Shown here piece by piece: positions 27,801 through 40,000 of a stretch of 64,000 bases of DNA. Below the pieces are notes generated by a model that had not been told where the DNA came from, did not search any database, and saw only the letters and a list, made by a program, of their open reading frames with translations. Position 1 is the first letter of the stretch, and each line of letters starts with the position of its first letter. The stretch comes from Catajapyx aquilonaris (Eukaryota), in the NCBI GenBank assembly GCA_000934665.2, contig KZ538033.1, positions 62,001 to 126,000 on the forward strand, given 5' to 3'. The translations under genes were made by a program, and so were the position numbers.

Positions 27801-30800
27801 TCCGAAATTTCGCGAAATGATCTCGGCTTTTCGCCCGTAATCCGCGAATAATGGGCGTATATTCCGGCCGGATCTCCTCTCAGAAACTATGGGCATGAAT
27901 GCTGCTTATTCAATTTTCCCTCTATATAAAACACGAGTTACTGCATCACACCGTGCCACAGTTATCTTGGGCGACACTTACCCATCACGGGGCAAAAAAG
28001 GTGGTGTGCTACACGCCATTACTCAGGCAGCGCTGCCGGGTACTTACCTGCGTAAAAAAAAGAGAGAGAAACGAGGGAACAAATTAGTTCAATTTTCCAG
28101 TAGAATACACAAGGCAGTTTTGAACCAAAGTGCAACCCGCAAGTATTTCCTGGGTCCCCACTTCCGCATTAATTGCGGAGCAGTACTTCGTTCCATTGCT
28201 AATTTCTGCCAAATATGCCGCCCATTAATCATGTAATGCGTTGGCGAGAGTATTCATGATGCACCCTATCAAACCAGGCCGCAGGCATCTCATACACAGG
28301 ACCTGATTGCCATTACCGCTCCAAATGTTTCAAACATACGGCTACACAGACTAAGGATTCGCCTAGTATTTTCCCTCCCAAAAAATATGTCACCCAGCCA
28401 TAAACAAACCCAAGTGCCCTTCCGGATACCTATTAATCAACCCGGTATGTTGCAGCAAACAAGACACGGTTTGGGATTTAGGTAATGGAAAAATCTCATC
28501 CAAACCCTGCCACGGCGCATGCATTATAATGACTCTCTAAAGTACAAGAACAGGTTTCAGATATTCATCAGGTGCGGCACCGAAATTTTTTTTTTCGGAG
28601 GGGAACCGGAAAATGGTGCAGGGTATCGAAAAATTATGCGTTATTACGGCAGCAAATTTTCTCATTACGCGACACTGACCCAGGACCGGTCCAGCGTTAT
28701 AATCCGGGGGTTGGCGTGTACATGGTTGTAAGCACAGCGTCACAAACCAGCTTTTTCTCCAACCCGGGTAGGAAACTCTCCAAAATAAATTATCCGGAGA
28801 CTTGAAAATTAAAGCCCTCCCGACAACGTTTTCTCGAGGGGATTTGCACAAAGTAGGTAGAAAGCTGGTTGAGAATAGGGTCCTCTAAGTAAAGCACAAG
28901 GGTGTCCCCCTAGTGCCCCCAAAATCCCTTGCCCCCCTCTTCTGCCTCTGTACCCCCCTTGTTTCACCGGATAATCTCGTTATACTGATCCCCCAGCGAG
29001 GTCCTCATCGCTGGACGCATGTTGATGCTGACACGTCACAGGCTCACCTGCAGCAAACTCTACGATGTTACATGCTAATAGACTCATTTTTGCATCCTCT
29101 CAAACTTGGGAAGGAAACTAGGCTACACCTGGTATACACTCCCGGGTAATTAAGGTCACCAAGCTATAGTTGGTAAGAAGCTAAGTGAGATCATCTAGCC
29201 AGCATCTTTTTCAGTAACACTCATTGTAATCATGTAGATAGGGCTCTGTCTGTTCATGGGGATTCATCACCCACGTGCATGCAGTACCATTTCCCACTTG
29301 AGAGAGGCAGTAGAGTGCAGAGAGGGAGCCTGTGCGCCACCTGGTAGTGGGGCAGTGTTGCCAAGATTAGTTTAGTGAAGTTTCGAGAAATTTTCTCTGT
29401 TGGTTAAGGACCATCCTCGTAATTGCAATATGAACGCGGGTACAGTTCCTGTCAGTTTCCTAACACAGGATACCTTCCTTGTCTCGAAAACACAGGAGCT
29501 GTTTCTTTGACTCCGCCTGCTCGTAATAAAACACCGTATCCTAGCTGCGCGTGGATTTAACGAGTTAATACCAAAGAACAGCCCTCTGTTCCTTCTCCCG
29601 GGAGACTAGAAACGTAACACCGACTCAGCAAAAACCTCAAAGAGCTTCCAAAGGTAATTCTGCGGATTGGATGTCGTCTTCTCCGAGGGCAAAGAACTGA
29701 CGTCACTCCCTTTCCCTCAACTTATGGCAGAAAACTTGTGACCGTCGACGCATCGAAGAATCATCCCCCGCGAGAATAGAACAATAGTGAAGGGGGAGGG
29801 GCTTCCTATACTTTCTCAGGAGAGGAGACAAAAGTTTGAACAAGTTCGACATGGTGATCCACTCGGAAGCTGTCAGACAGTGACGTGGTGACTCCCAAAT
29901 GACTTCACCATCCACAAAAGACGGCTGGCGGAAATGGATGCTTCTGGGACTCTGGGTGTATAAGTGGGGAAAAAGTGTAAAGTGCAAGAGTTGTATGGAA
30001 AGAGAAACTTTCCACTCCGAGGCGTTACATACCCGCAAATATTCAGACTGTAAAAATAATCGGTTAAGCTCTTAACCCGGATTTGGCTTAAGAAGACCTC
30101 CCAAGTCCGATAAAGTCTCCGGAGGCGAAATGAAAAATGAAATTTCATTGCTCGTGGTTATAACCAAGTGCCACATTAGTAGCTAACTTTAGCCAGGCAA
30201 CTAGATGTGCACCGCATAGCAAAAGGGGCCTCTCCGGTAACAAGACACGAATCTGTTAACTCACTTCCCCAACTTGGTCACAAAGTTTATCCGATTTTCT
30301 CATTGGAAATTTTATAAAATCCCCTTTGCAAAAGTTGGGAAGCGAATTAAGTCGTAGTCTTTCCGCTTCCTTCCAGGACGTAAAAAAAAGAAAGATTCTT
30401 CCGGACGTGACTGCTCCGCTTGACATCTTTTTATGCCGTTCTCTCCGCAATCCCGATCTAATTTGTCAAAACGATTCACGATTTTTTGTCTGTGTATGTT
30501 CCTGGCTTCTAAGGAAGTATCAGCAGGGGGCAAAAACCGATTCTGCAAAGGGTGGTCCGGTCAACTTTGGCCCCCCCGGTTAATGCAGTTGGAAGTGGAA
30601 GGATGAACGTCTGGAGACGCGCTGCAACAATTCTCTGCTCAATTTCCTCAAAAGCTTTTCTCTCCCCCCCCCCCCTACCCTTCCCATCTTCCCTTCCAGC
30701 TATTGCTCAAAGCAGAAGGTCGAATGCGCACTGGCAGAACCTTCCCAACTAATTTGGTGCCGACGTAGTAAACGTGAATGCCTGGGATTTGTTCCAATTA

Positions 30801-33800
30801 CAGCCCAGACTTCTTCCGCCATCTCTTTTGGCCTCCGAAGCACTGGGGATTGAAAAGTCATTGCATGCATCGCAACTTCTCCGGGAGAAAAACCTGGGAA
30901 AAGCTGAATACTTAATTGGTCCCTGTTTAATTCCGGGTGTGACCCTCCCCCCATCCCCTTTTCAGACTCTAACCTGCGAACAGCTGCGAAAAAATGTGTT
31001 TTACAACCCCGCATGCGCTGGGCATGTACTCCCTCGCGGCCTCATTTCCTTACTGTAACGGTCCTTTTATCACCTTAAAAGGGAGCTTTGAGGCCCCCTA
31101 GGAAATAAAAAATAGCTAATGATTAATATTGTTTCAACTCCAGGTCCTACCCGGGCTTTAAAACACGCTTCCTTCTGAAGAAACGGGCCTTAAACAATGT
31201 CTCGCGGCGCACACGATTTCGTTTCCCCAGCAGTGAATCGGACAATCTTTCTCCGACATTACTACATCTCACCACACACATTTTTGTTCCTCCCCCCCCC
31301 CTCCCCTAGTTTTTGCAAGAGAGTTAAAAAAGAAGGGAGCTCCCCGGAATATTTAAGAAGGAATAAAATGGTTTCCCCCACAACCCTCCTTTACCGTCAG
31401 GGAAACCAACCCCCCGAATTTATGTCGGAGTAAAAGTGGCAAAAGAACACTGCTGCAAGTATCTTGCTCCTTCCCCAGAGAGCCTTCCCCCTGCCCACAG
31501 GTTTAACACACGGCGCTCTAAATATTCATCATTGTCAAGCTTAGAAAAAGGGAGGGTGGGAGAGAACGGAAGGTGCAATATACCAGCAGCAGCAGGCGAG
31601 ACCCTTGGCGATACTGTATGTTTCAAAGAAAAAAGAAAAAAGGAAAAAAAAGAAAGGAGGGGAATAAAAGCAGCTGGCCGAAGAACAAAGGAGGCACATA
31701 TTTCAATAGTGAAAACGACAGTTGTCTTGGAAAGCATGAGTTGCGATGGTTCCAATCTGCTGTGAGATGTGGAAATTGAGAAATCGCGTTACATCTTGGG
31801 TTCAAAAATTGAGGAGGCCATTATCAAAACCAGGCTGTCTCATGGTGTCTCCAGCAGTGTTCCTGGTTACAGACATCAACTCAATGCAAAATGCCTATTT
31901 ACAATATACCTTCCATATAGAACATTTTCACAATTTGTCCACCTCTCACTGGGCAAGGTCACCTAAACCGTGAAATAGCTCACTAAATCTGAAATAATTC
32001 CTGTTTTCTGACATATTCGTACTGAAATACAGTATACCCCCAGCATAACTTTTCAAAAGAGGGATTAGGCTACCTCTCACCCTCAACTCCACACGAGACA
32101 CCTAGCACAGTGGGCACAGTGCGGTACAAAAGAAATGCTCTTGAAACCCCACCGGGTATGGGTTAAGCAGAGGTAGCAATATTTAGGACATGGCTAATTT
32201 TTGAGAAGTTAGGATGTTGGTAGGCTACTGTATGCAGCCTGGTTTTGATAATGACATACTCAATTATCGCACGTTTTGAGGGATTACACTGTGGGCTATT
32301 CTAGAAGGCAGTTAACTTATACGATTGTTAAAATTTAGGTAGTGTCCACAGCTTCCGGTACTGCCAAAATCTTCGCGGTAAGCTAACCTCGGCGCAAAGA
32401 GAATCCTTGAGGTGTGGCACTCTTGCGGAAGACCAAAGAGAAGAAGAGAGGGGATCACTATCATTCTCCTGTTGTTTCTGGGCGAGAGGTGGCAATGATT
32501 TATCGGTTGGGTCTCCGTCAGTGGCTCCGTCGTAAAACCGGAGGAACAGCTCGTAACTTTCCTGCCTCCCCCGTCATATTTCCCCGCCCAGGGAGTGCGG
32601 AAGGCGGGTAGGGAATCAGAGTTTTTCCAGGGGGATCTCTCTCGCCCTCTTCCCCTCTAGAAAAGGGAGGCTCCAATCCCGCCTATTTCCATCCGAATGA
32701 GCCGCCGAACCGACATCCTCTTCCCCCACCAACGTCGACACCTTTCCCGAGGGGGGGAGGCTGGAGGTAGTCATGGGGGAGATAAATCCGTAGGATGGGT
32801 TCAGGGACTAGACTTTGCCTTTTCGTCGCCTGCAGAGGGGTTGCCGCAGTGTCCACTTTGCGTGGGCTAAAACGATCATTTCTAGACGTTCTAGCAGAAT
32901 AGCGGTTATCAGTAGCAGTGATTATGCGCGCTCCACGAGCATTTGCACATCACGATCTACCAAGCTTGAATGAGCTTGAGATTTTTTATTTTATAAGGAG
33001 TTTAACAACACTGCATCGTGTTTGCGCTGCCAGGAACAGGTGCTGGTCTGCGGGGCGTGTACTACGAATTATTGTTTCAGGTAGCTACCGGCATTAAATA
33101 TATACTCCGCAACTCCCTTGTTTTATTACACTGTATCAGAGCTTCTCTGGCATTTTGAATGGAAGGGGCAGCACTCGTGCCCTCAAGACATCTCCAAGTG
33201 TTTCCTTATAAAACTTGGCTTTTGAAACTGCGACTAGCGCTATACTGCACTTCTGGAGATTGGGCTTCCACTGATATCATTTGCTGCTTATTGCTACTTT
33301 GTAATTGAATGCCGACCCAAGCGAAAAGTTTTCTTAGGGAATGCCAAGAGGAGTCATCAGCTGTGTTACACAAGAGACGGAATAGACAAATTGGCCTAAC
33401 TTCTTCAAGGGCACAGATGTTTCAAGCTTCTTGTGTAATGAGGGGAAGATAATTATCTGAAATTTATTTTGCATCGTTTCGAGAGGTCAGCAGAGGTCAG
33501 TGTCTTTAAGTATTTCCCTTTAGCGATAGTACAGAATATTTATTTTAATAAACAGGGTCAGTAGACTGTATGAGAACCCAAGTATCAATCCGTACATCTT
33601 ACAAGCATCACAGATTAGACCGTGTCCCACTTACTTTTCCATCATATCAAACCCCTCAAAAAATCCCGTTTTTTTCAGGCCCAATCTGCCTTTCCAGATC
33701 AGGCATTAATTAGGATTCTCCTTTCAAGTCCCCCCACTCGGACCACGTCCTGTTTGACATTCCAGAGCCGTTCCGATGCCGTGACTCCATTCAGAAACTG

Positions 33801-34199
33801 CGAAAGCCCCGGATTTTTCCTCCCTTTTCTCTCTCTAGTCCCTTCTAATAAGACCAAGCCCCCCTCTCCACCCTTTCATTATTTTGTCCTGGGTACCATT
33901 TCCTTTCGTTTGGTCCCCGTCTCGTACCTTTCAACTCGACCCGCAAACATCCGCATATAAGGCAAAAGGTTTCTTTTGATCCCTCCTAGAGAAGCGGGTC
34001 TTCCCTCTTTAAGAATGGTCAGCTGGACGTTTTGATTACGACCCGGTACCAAGTGTGGACGATGTAAAGAATCGGTGACGTCTCCGGGGCGCCCTGTTGC
34101 TATGCCTCTAAATCATTTTCTTCCCTCCAACCATTTTTATAAGGGAAAAAAAGACGAAGAAGAAAAAAAAATCGTAGGAACCGCCACACTAACGATGGT

Positions 34200-34340
34200 A
34201 TTTCTCTTCGCCTCCTTCCCTCATTTCCTCCCTCGCTTCCTTCTTTTCTGTTATTTTATTTCCTCTCACATCCAATTTTTCCACCCCCTCCTTCCCCCAC
34301 CTTCTTCTCCACTCCATTTTCTGTCGCTGCGTCTCTTCTT
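34200..34340 (+). repeat. Pyrimidine-rich low-complexity tract
   Basis: About 140 nt that are mostly C/T on the + strand. Boundaries are approximate. Confidence 0.7.
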
Positions 34341-35396
34341 ACCAATTCCTGGCACGCTAGTCGCTTCCGACGGCTACCTTAATCCCCGGAACAATATTTT
34401 GTGCCATCGCAGTATATCCGTGTTGTCATCCGTTGTTGAAGGCCCGGTGGACACGGGGTGTTACTCGGAATTATTTTCTCTTTCCGCTCCTCTTGAGAGC
34501 CTGAATTTCAATAAGAGCTGCCAATAACACGGGGAGGCACGCAAACAATAGCTGAGAGACGGGTACGTATTGGAGATCCGGAGAGGGTTTCTGTGTATCT
34601 TGGATTGATACTGCCAAGTTGGTTCCGCCAAAATGCTCTCTCCCTATACGTACAGGGTGTGCCATAAACAAACCTGAGAGAACAAGGATGAAAGATTGAA
34701 AAGGAAATCGCAAAAAGTCCACAAGTGGATGGGTGACGGGTACAAACAGGTACTCTCATTTTATCCATACATTTCGGATGGATACAACAAATTATAAATA
34801 CATATTTGTAGTAGATTAAATTCGCAAATAGGTAATGAACAATAGTGAGACAGAACAGTCCATTTAAGCGATTACTTCCAGAAAGTTAATCAAGCAATAT
34901 AGTATCGAAATATTTCTTTCCAATTCTCTGACTAAAATATTGATTGCACGTTCAGGAAAAAGGCAATATATTGTGGGCACGCGATTTTTTTTCTTATTGG
35001 AACCACCTGCTTCGTTTCAATTTAAATCGTAATACACTTCCGCAAAAAAAAAAATCAGCAGCACAATTACATTTGTCAAAAATATTGACTACAACTCTAA
35101 TTCAGGCTCATCCCATAATGAATCTCCCAGCATGCAGTATTAGCCAGAATGTTAAATACCGCACGCAAATGACCCAACAAATTGCATTGATTCACGTACA
35201 CCTTGTACTGTAGTGCTGGGCACCCGTGCTTGTATACCTTGCCAATTAATTTCCCCTGTAGGGGTTGAGTGTACTTTGATGCAAGTTATCAGCTGGCATG
35301 TTGAAATATCGACGTTTCCAGCCGAGTCAACGCAGCACCTGCTACGTGCAACGAATCGTGCCACGTTCAAATACATTACATATCTGGTCGATCTCT

Positions 35397-35414
35397 TCTC
35401 TCTCTCTCTCTCTC
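35397..35414. repeat. (TC)9 microsatellite
   Basis: TC run; a shorter (AG)6 run follows at 35485-35496. Confidence 0.85.
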
Positions 35415-37054
35415 GCGAGTCCCTGGTATTACTCGTACATACATCACAGGCAAGAATATTGGGTAGGAGTCTGCTGAGAAGGGTAGAGAGAGAGAGTTTG
35501 TGCAAACGGCCCTGACTCCTTCTTCCTTGCAGACATTGTGGATCAATAGGGCCTGAAGTGGAAGGGACAGTGAGGTGATAATGGCACAGGCGGGTATGGC
35601 TTTCCAGCCGTGAAACGAAACCTTCTCGGACGGTACATCCCTGTGTTTTCACTCGCTTCCTGCCTGATTCGTTCTTTAGTTTCGTTCAAAAACCTTACTC
35701 TCATGTTCCACACCTAGGGGGTGAAGTTTTAGAGGCGAGAGATAGACGGTTCAACTCTGACCTTTCAAGTGGTGGGCTTGATCCTCCGGCCTTCACTTGC
35801 TGCGAAGTGTGCTCAGATCCGCCTGTTTAAACTGTTTCATAGTCGGTGCTATCTGACTAATGAGTCAGGCCCAGTTGGATGAACTCTTGCAGATTTATCT
35901 CTACTTTTGACCTCTTTTTATACTTAAAAAAAAGAAACCGACGCCACTTTAAAACTCAAGCCGTGAGAAAATTCACTCCGTTCTTGAGCAGAAAATGTCT
36001 CGACTACTTCCCTCCTAAAATATATATTGATGTGCAGATTCGCCAACTTCCTCTTCGGAAATTCCCGACGAAATAGGAATCATGTCGTGAGATGGCCCCC
36101 TTTTTTCGCACCAGAAAAGGAGTCTCGCTATGCGCCATCCAAATCCGGAGAAAGACCGGGAAAAAATGAAGTCCCGAACGCTCCGTTTGGTCCAATATCT
36201 GGTTTATTTTTAATGGTTCAAATTTATTTAACTTGTACTTATTTTTTGAGTGGTGTTATTTGGATGAAAATAACATTTTGAACGGATTTTGGTCTCCAAA
36301 ATGCGGAGGATCGATTTTCGCATTCGAGGCCAACAGAAGGTTGCGACGCCAGGACTGCTGCACCTTCTCACACTTCCTCTCAATGCATTTCCGAAATGCA
36401 ATCAATTCTTGTCATGAACTCATGCAAAATAGGTTACGAGAAAATCGGATTTCTATCCAGACGCCCACATAATCGCACTGGTTGAATCGGATATTTCTGA
36501 AGAATTGTTTGGTCCAAATAATGACCGAGATTCTTTCGGACCTGAAGCGGTTTCCTAAAATATTGCAAGCACCTCGGAGCGATGTAGCGTAACCTCATGA
36601 GCGAGTAGCTCGGACAACCGCACGAACCGCATCAATTCCGTTTCCATTAGCGGCCCCCTCATCGCACAATGGGTGTGGGCAGAGAGACCCTCTCTTCTCC
36701 AAGAGCTCATTCGTTCCGAGTCAGCAAGCACCCACCAGAATCCGCACCTTTGCAAGATAGCAAGACAACAAAACCCGGGTGAGTTAATCACAAAATCCGG
36801 GTATTGCACAGGGTAAGTCAACATGCGGGACCGCAGAAACTACGACCCTAAAACAGGGGAAGGGTTGACACAGAAAACCCCTCCGATGAAAAGGCGGAGT
36901 TCTATGGAATCGGAAAGCAGCGGATGGCAAACAACCTTTTTCTACAGGGCTGGGCAAACAAGGCGGCTCCGGAATAAAATTCCTAATGGAAATAAAATCA
37001 GCGGCGTGCACAAGTGCCGACACAAGATGATGGAGACCCCAGGTCCATCCTCTG

Positions 37055-37083
37055 NNNNNNNNNNNNNNNNNNNNNNNNNNNNN
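37055..37083. other. Assembly gap (29 N) followed by a poly-A run
   Basis: Run of n characters. Confidence 0.98.
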
Positions 37084-40000
37084 AAAAAAAAAAAAACCCA
37101 GGTCTTGATACACTTCGGAAAAAAAACCCAAAATCGATTGAATGCATGGGGACGCGTGAATGACAAATTCGGAGGCAAGTACTGATCACACTCAGCGGGC
37201 ACGACGTCAATTTAGTCACGCCGACAGGGTTCGGAGCTATTTTGATCAACACACAATGCAGCTCTCCAAATGTGCGCGACAATTACCCCCGGAGAGCGAC
37301 CGAGTTCGGATCGGTCCTACAAAAAAAAACCGGTTGGATCTCAATCATAATGAAACAAACAGGTGCGCATTCGGAATTTGGAGATCCAACGGCAATTTGT
37401 CAAACAGCGACAATGTGTGCTCATTCAGGTAGAGCAGGACCGGGTTGGGGGAGCCTGGATTAAAATGGGGGAAATGGACGCTGTAAAACACGTTTTACTA
37501 GTTCCTTTAGTGACATGTCAACGGTGATGAAAATGGTTTGAGAGTTTGGAGGGGGGGAAGCGCTCGTCACTAATAGGTGCCAAGGATCACGTGGTATGTC
37601 CCATTGAGCACGTGCAAAAAAAAACCGAGGTACGACCGCAAACATGGCGAACCTCGCACTCGACCGGATATCACACGTCATGGCTCTAAATCCCCCCCTT
37701 CCATTCGTCCGATTGCAAAATAATCTCCATCCAGCACCCTCACAACGTATAATTGAAAACGAATGAATGCAGGAGAAAAAATTCATCAGGTCCACCTTTT
37801 TGGCATGTAAGCAGAAAAATTACTATTTCATAATTGTAAGGTTTTTCAATCAGTAAAGTCAATGAAATGTACGAATTCTAATGAAGTCATGAAATTTCTT
37901 TCAAATTGCGCCCGTTTCCAATCAAACCCATGGTCATAATTGCATGCTATGCACATCCATAAATAAATTTGTTGGATCCTTGCAATAAAGACGTAACAAA
38001 TTATTACGTCATATATTTTCCATTTATTTCGAGGTGATTCATTGCTCTCTAGGATATTTCGCAGGCTTTTTCTTTTTCAGTCCGCTTCCACTTTAGTGGT
38101 TTTTGATCTCCCGCTTTCAATTGTGTCGACCAGAACGCGCATCCTTGCACAAAAAAATATATAGACGAAAACCCGTTCTTTTTTTTTTTCCTCCGAAAGA
38201 ATCACCTCCAAGAGTGGCGGATTCATTTTACGATCGCCGTAAATCTGTCAACCCTGGGAAATGGGAAGTCCCCGCCCTCATTTGTGTACAGGGTGTTTTT
38301 CTGTCGCGAAATATTCGCATAAGGTGAGTACCACAGTCAGGTTCGAAAATCACATCTCCATCCTCCCCGAAATAAACGAGCGGCATAAATTTTCATGCCT
38401 AATTCTAACTGCCACACTAAAGCCCGGAATGAAAACGGCCAATATCGTCCCCCAGCGTCGGCGTCACTGGCTTTTCCCCGACGCCCTTCGACGCCCAATC
38501 CTCTGTCACAATTCTCTTCGCCTGATGAACTTATCTCTCTTCAACCCAATTCGACAACATGCTTCCTCGTATATACCCCCATGGCTTTAGCTCGGGCGCA
38601 ATTACTGAAAAGGCCTGTCACCCCCCGCCTAGAAATCCCAATGGAAATTTATTTCAAAGCCCTTCGCCATCAATCACTACGATGATTCGAGCGCCATTTC
38701 AATGCTCTATTCTCATTTTTTGAAAAAAGAAAAATTCATTCTTGAGTCTGAATCGGCTGCTTTCAAAAATCGCAGGCACAAATACAAGACGCTGCTATAC
38801 AAATGAGTTTTTTTTTTGCAATTATAAAAAAATATACAGTGTGCTATAATTACAACCGAGTCCTTCGGGGTAACGCCTGTAGTGCTACACAAGAGTGCTT
38901 CTTAGGATGCATACTCGGCAGGATGTAATTCCTGGCGAAACTCCATTTCCTCTTCTCGCCCACTCGGCGAACAGATTATCATACGGGATTACATCCACCC
39001 AGAGCTCTGTTTGATGTTGCTGATTAGCGCTGGCGAGTCCCGACGTAATACGATTTCGCCTAAAAAAATCTGGTAGAAGAGAGGAAGGGGGAAAAAAACT
39101 ATCCTAGGTTTATAATCTCGGTGCACTAAAGCTGACACCACTACCTCAGGAAGCTTGTGAGAATAAGTTTGGAGACTGGACCTGTACAGTGTGCGAAACA
39201 TTTTGCACGTGTCGCATATATCAATGTGCTCAAACTGACCAAAAATTTCCTTCACACATCGATTAAACAATCATTTCCAGTATCACATGCAAAAAATTAT
39301 CACGGCGCGACACAACCGTAATTTAAGCAATTAAAATGAGAAGCACATTATCCATATATAGGATTAATCAGCTATTACCTCATTACATGGATGGAGAGTT
39401 TTTTGGGTATAGGCCACACCTTAATCGGGTAAAACACCAAAAATAATGCATGCCGCCATTTTCGCCAAAGCTGCTCTACCTATTAATTTGGCTAATAGCC
39501 AGTCAAACACGGTTCATTAGTATTGTAAGTCCAGTCTGATTTCCCCTTTCCAGTCGGGTTGATTAGCCCCCCTCCGTGTATGGAGAAAACCCCTGCACTT
39601 TGACTCGATCCCCACGAGCTGTGACCCCACCTTCTGGCCGGAGCTCGACCTCCAAATGCGATTTCTTTCCTTCTTAATGCGCCAGAAATGGCCGCAAATT
39701 CGCAAATTAGCGGCCGCTGGCCCCCATCTCCGGTCGTTCAATTACGACGCCCGGATAGACAAATTACGGCGATAAATGATAATTAAGCCGCGGGTGAATT
39801 TTAAAGTCAACCGTGTTTCCGCACATCCACTTCCGCATCGCCAAGCTGCACTAATATGTCATCGCTTTTGGCTTGCTACACTGTTATTAATGAGTGGTGG
39901 ATATTGTGAATGCATAAAAGGGGCCTTACCAAAGGCAATTTTTTGGCGCAACGGGGGTGTGTACAGAACTGCATTCGATCTATTCAAATAATTACAAAGT

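Noticed and set aside
28547..28578. Minus-strand CTGATGA...GAAAC hammerhead-like core
   Set aside because: Stem I cannot form, and stems II and III are inadequate and non-palindromic.
32341..32856. 9-bp direct repeat AGTGTCCAC around a GC-richer 500-bp segment as a TSD
   Set aside because: The enclosed segment has no TIRs or poly-A tail, and the alternative TGTGGCA..TGCCGCA ends lack a TSD.
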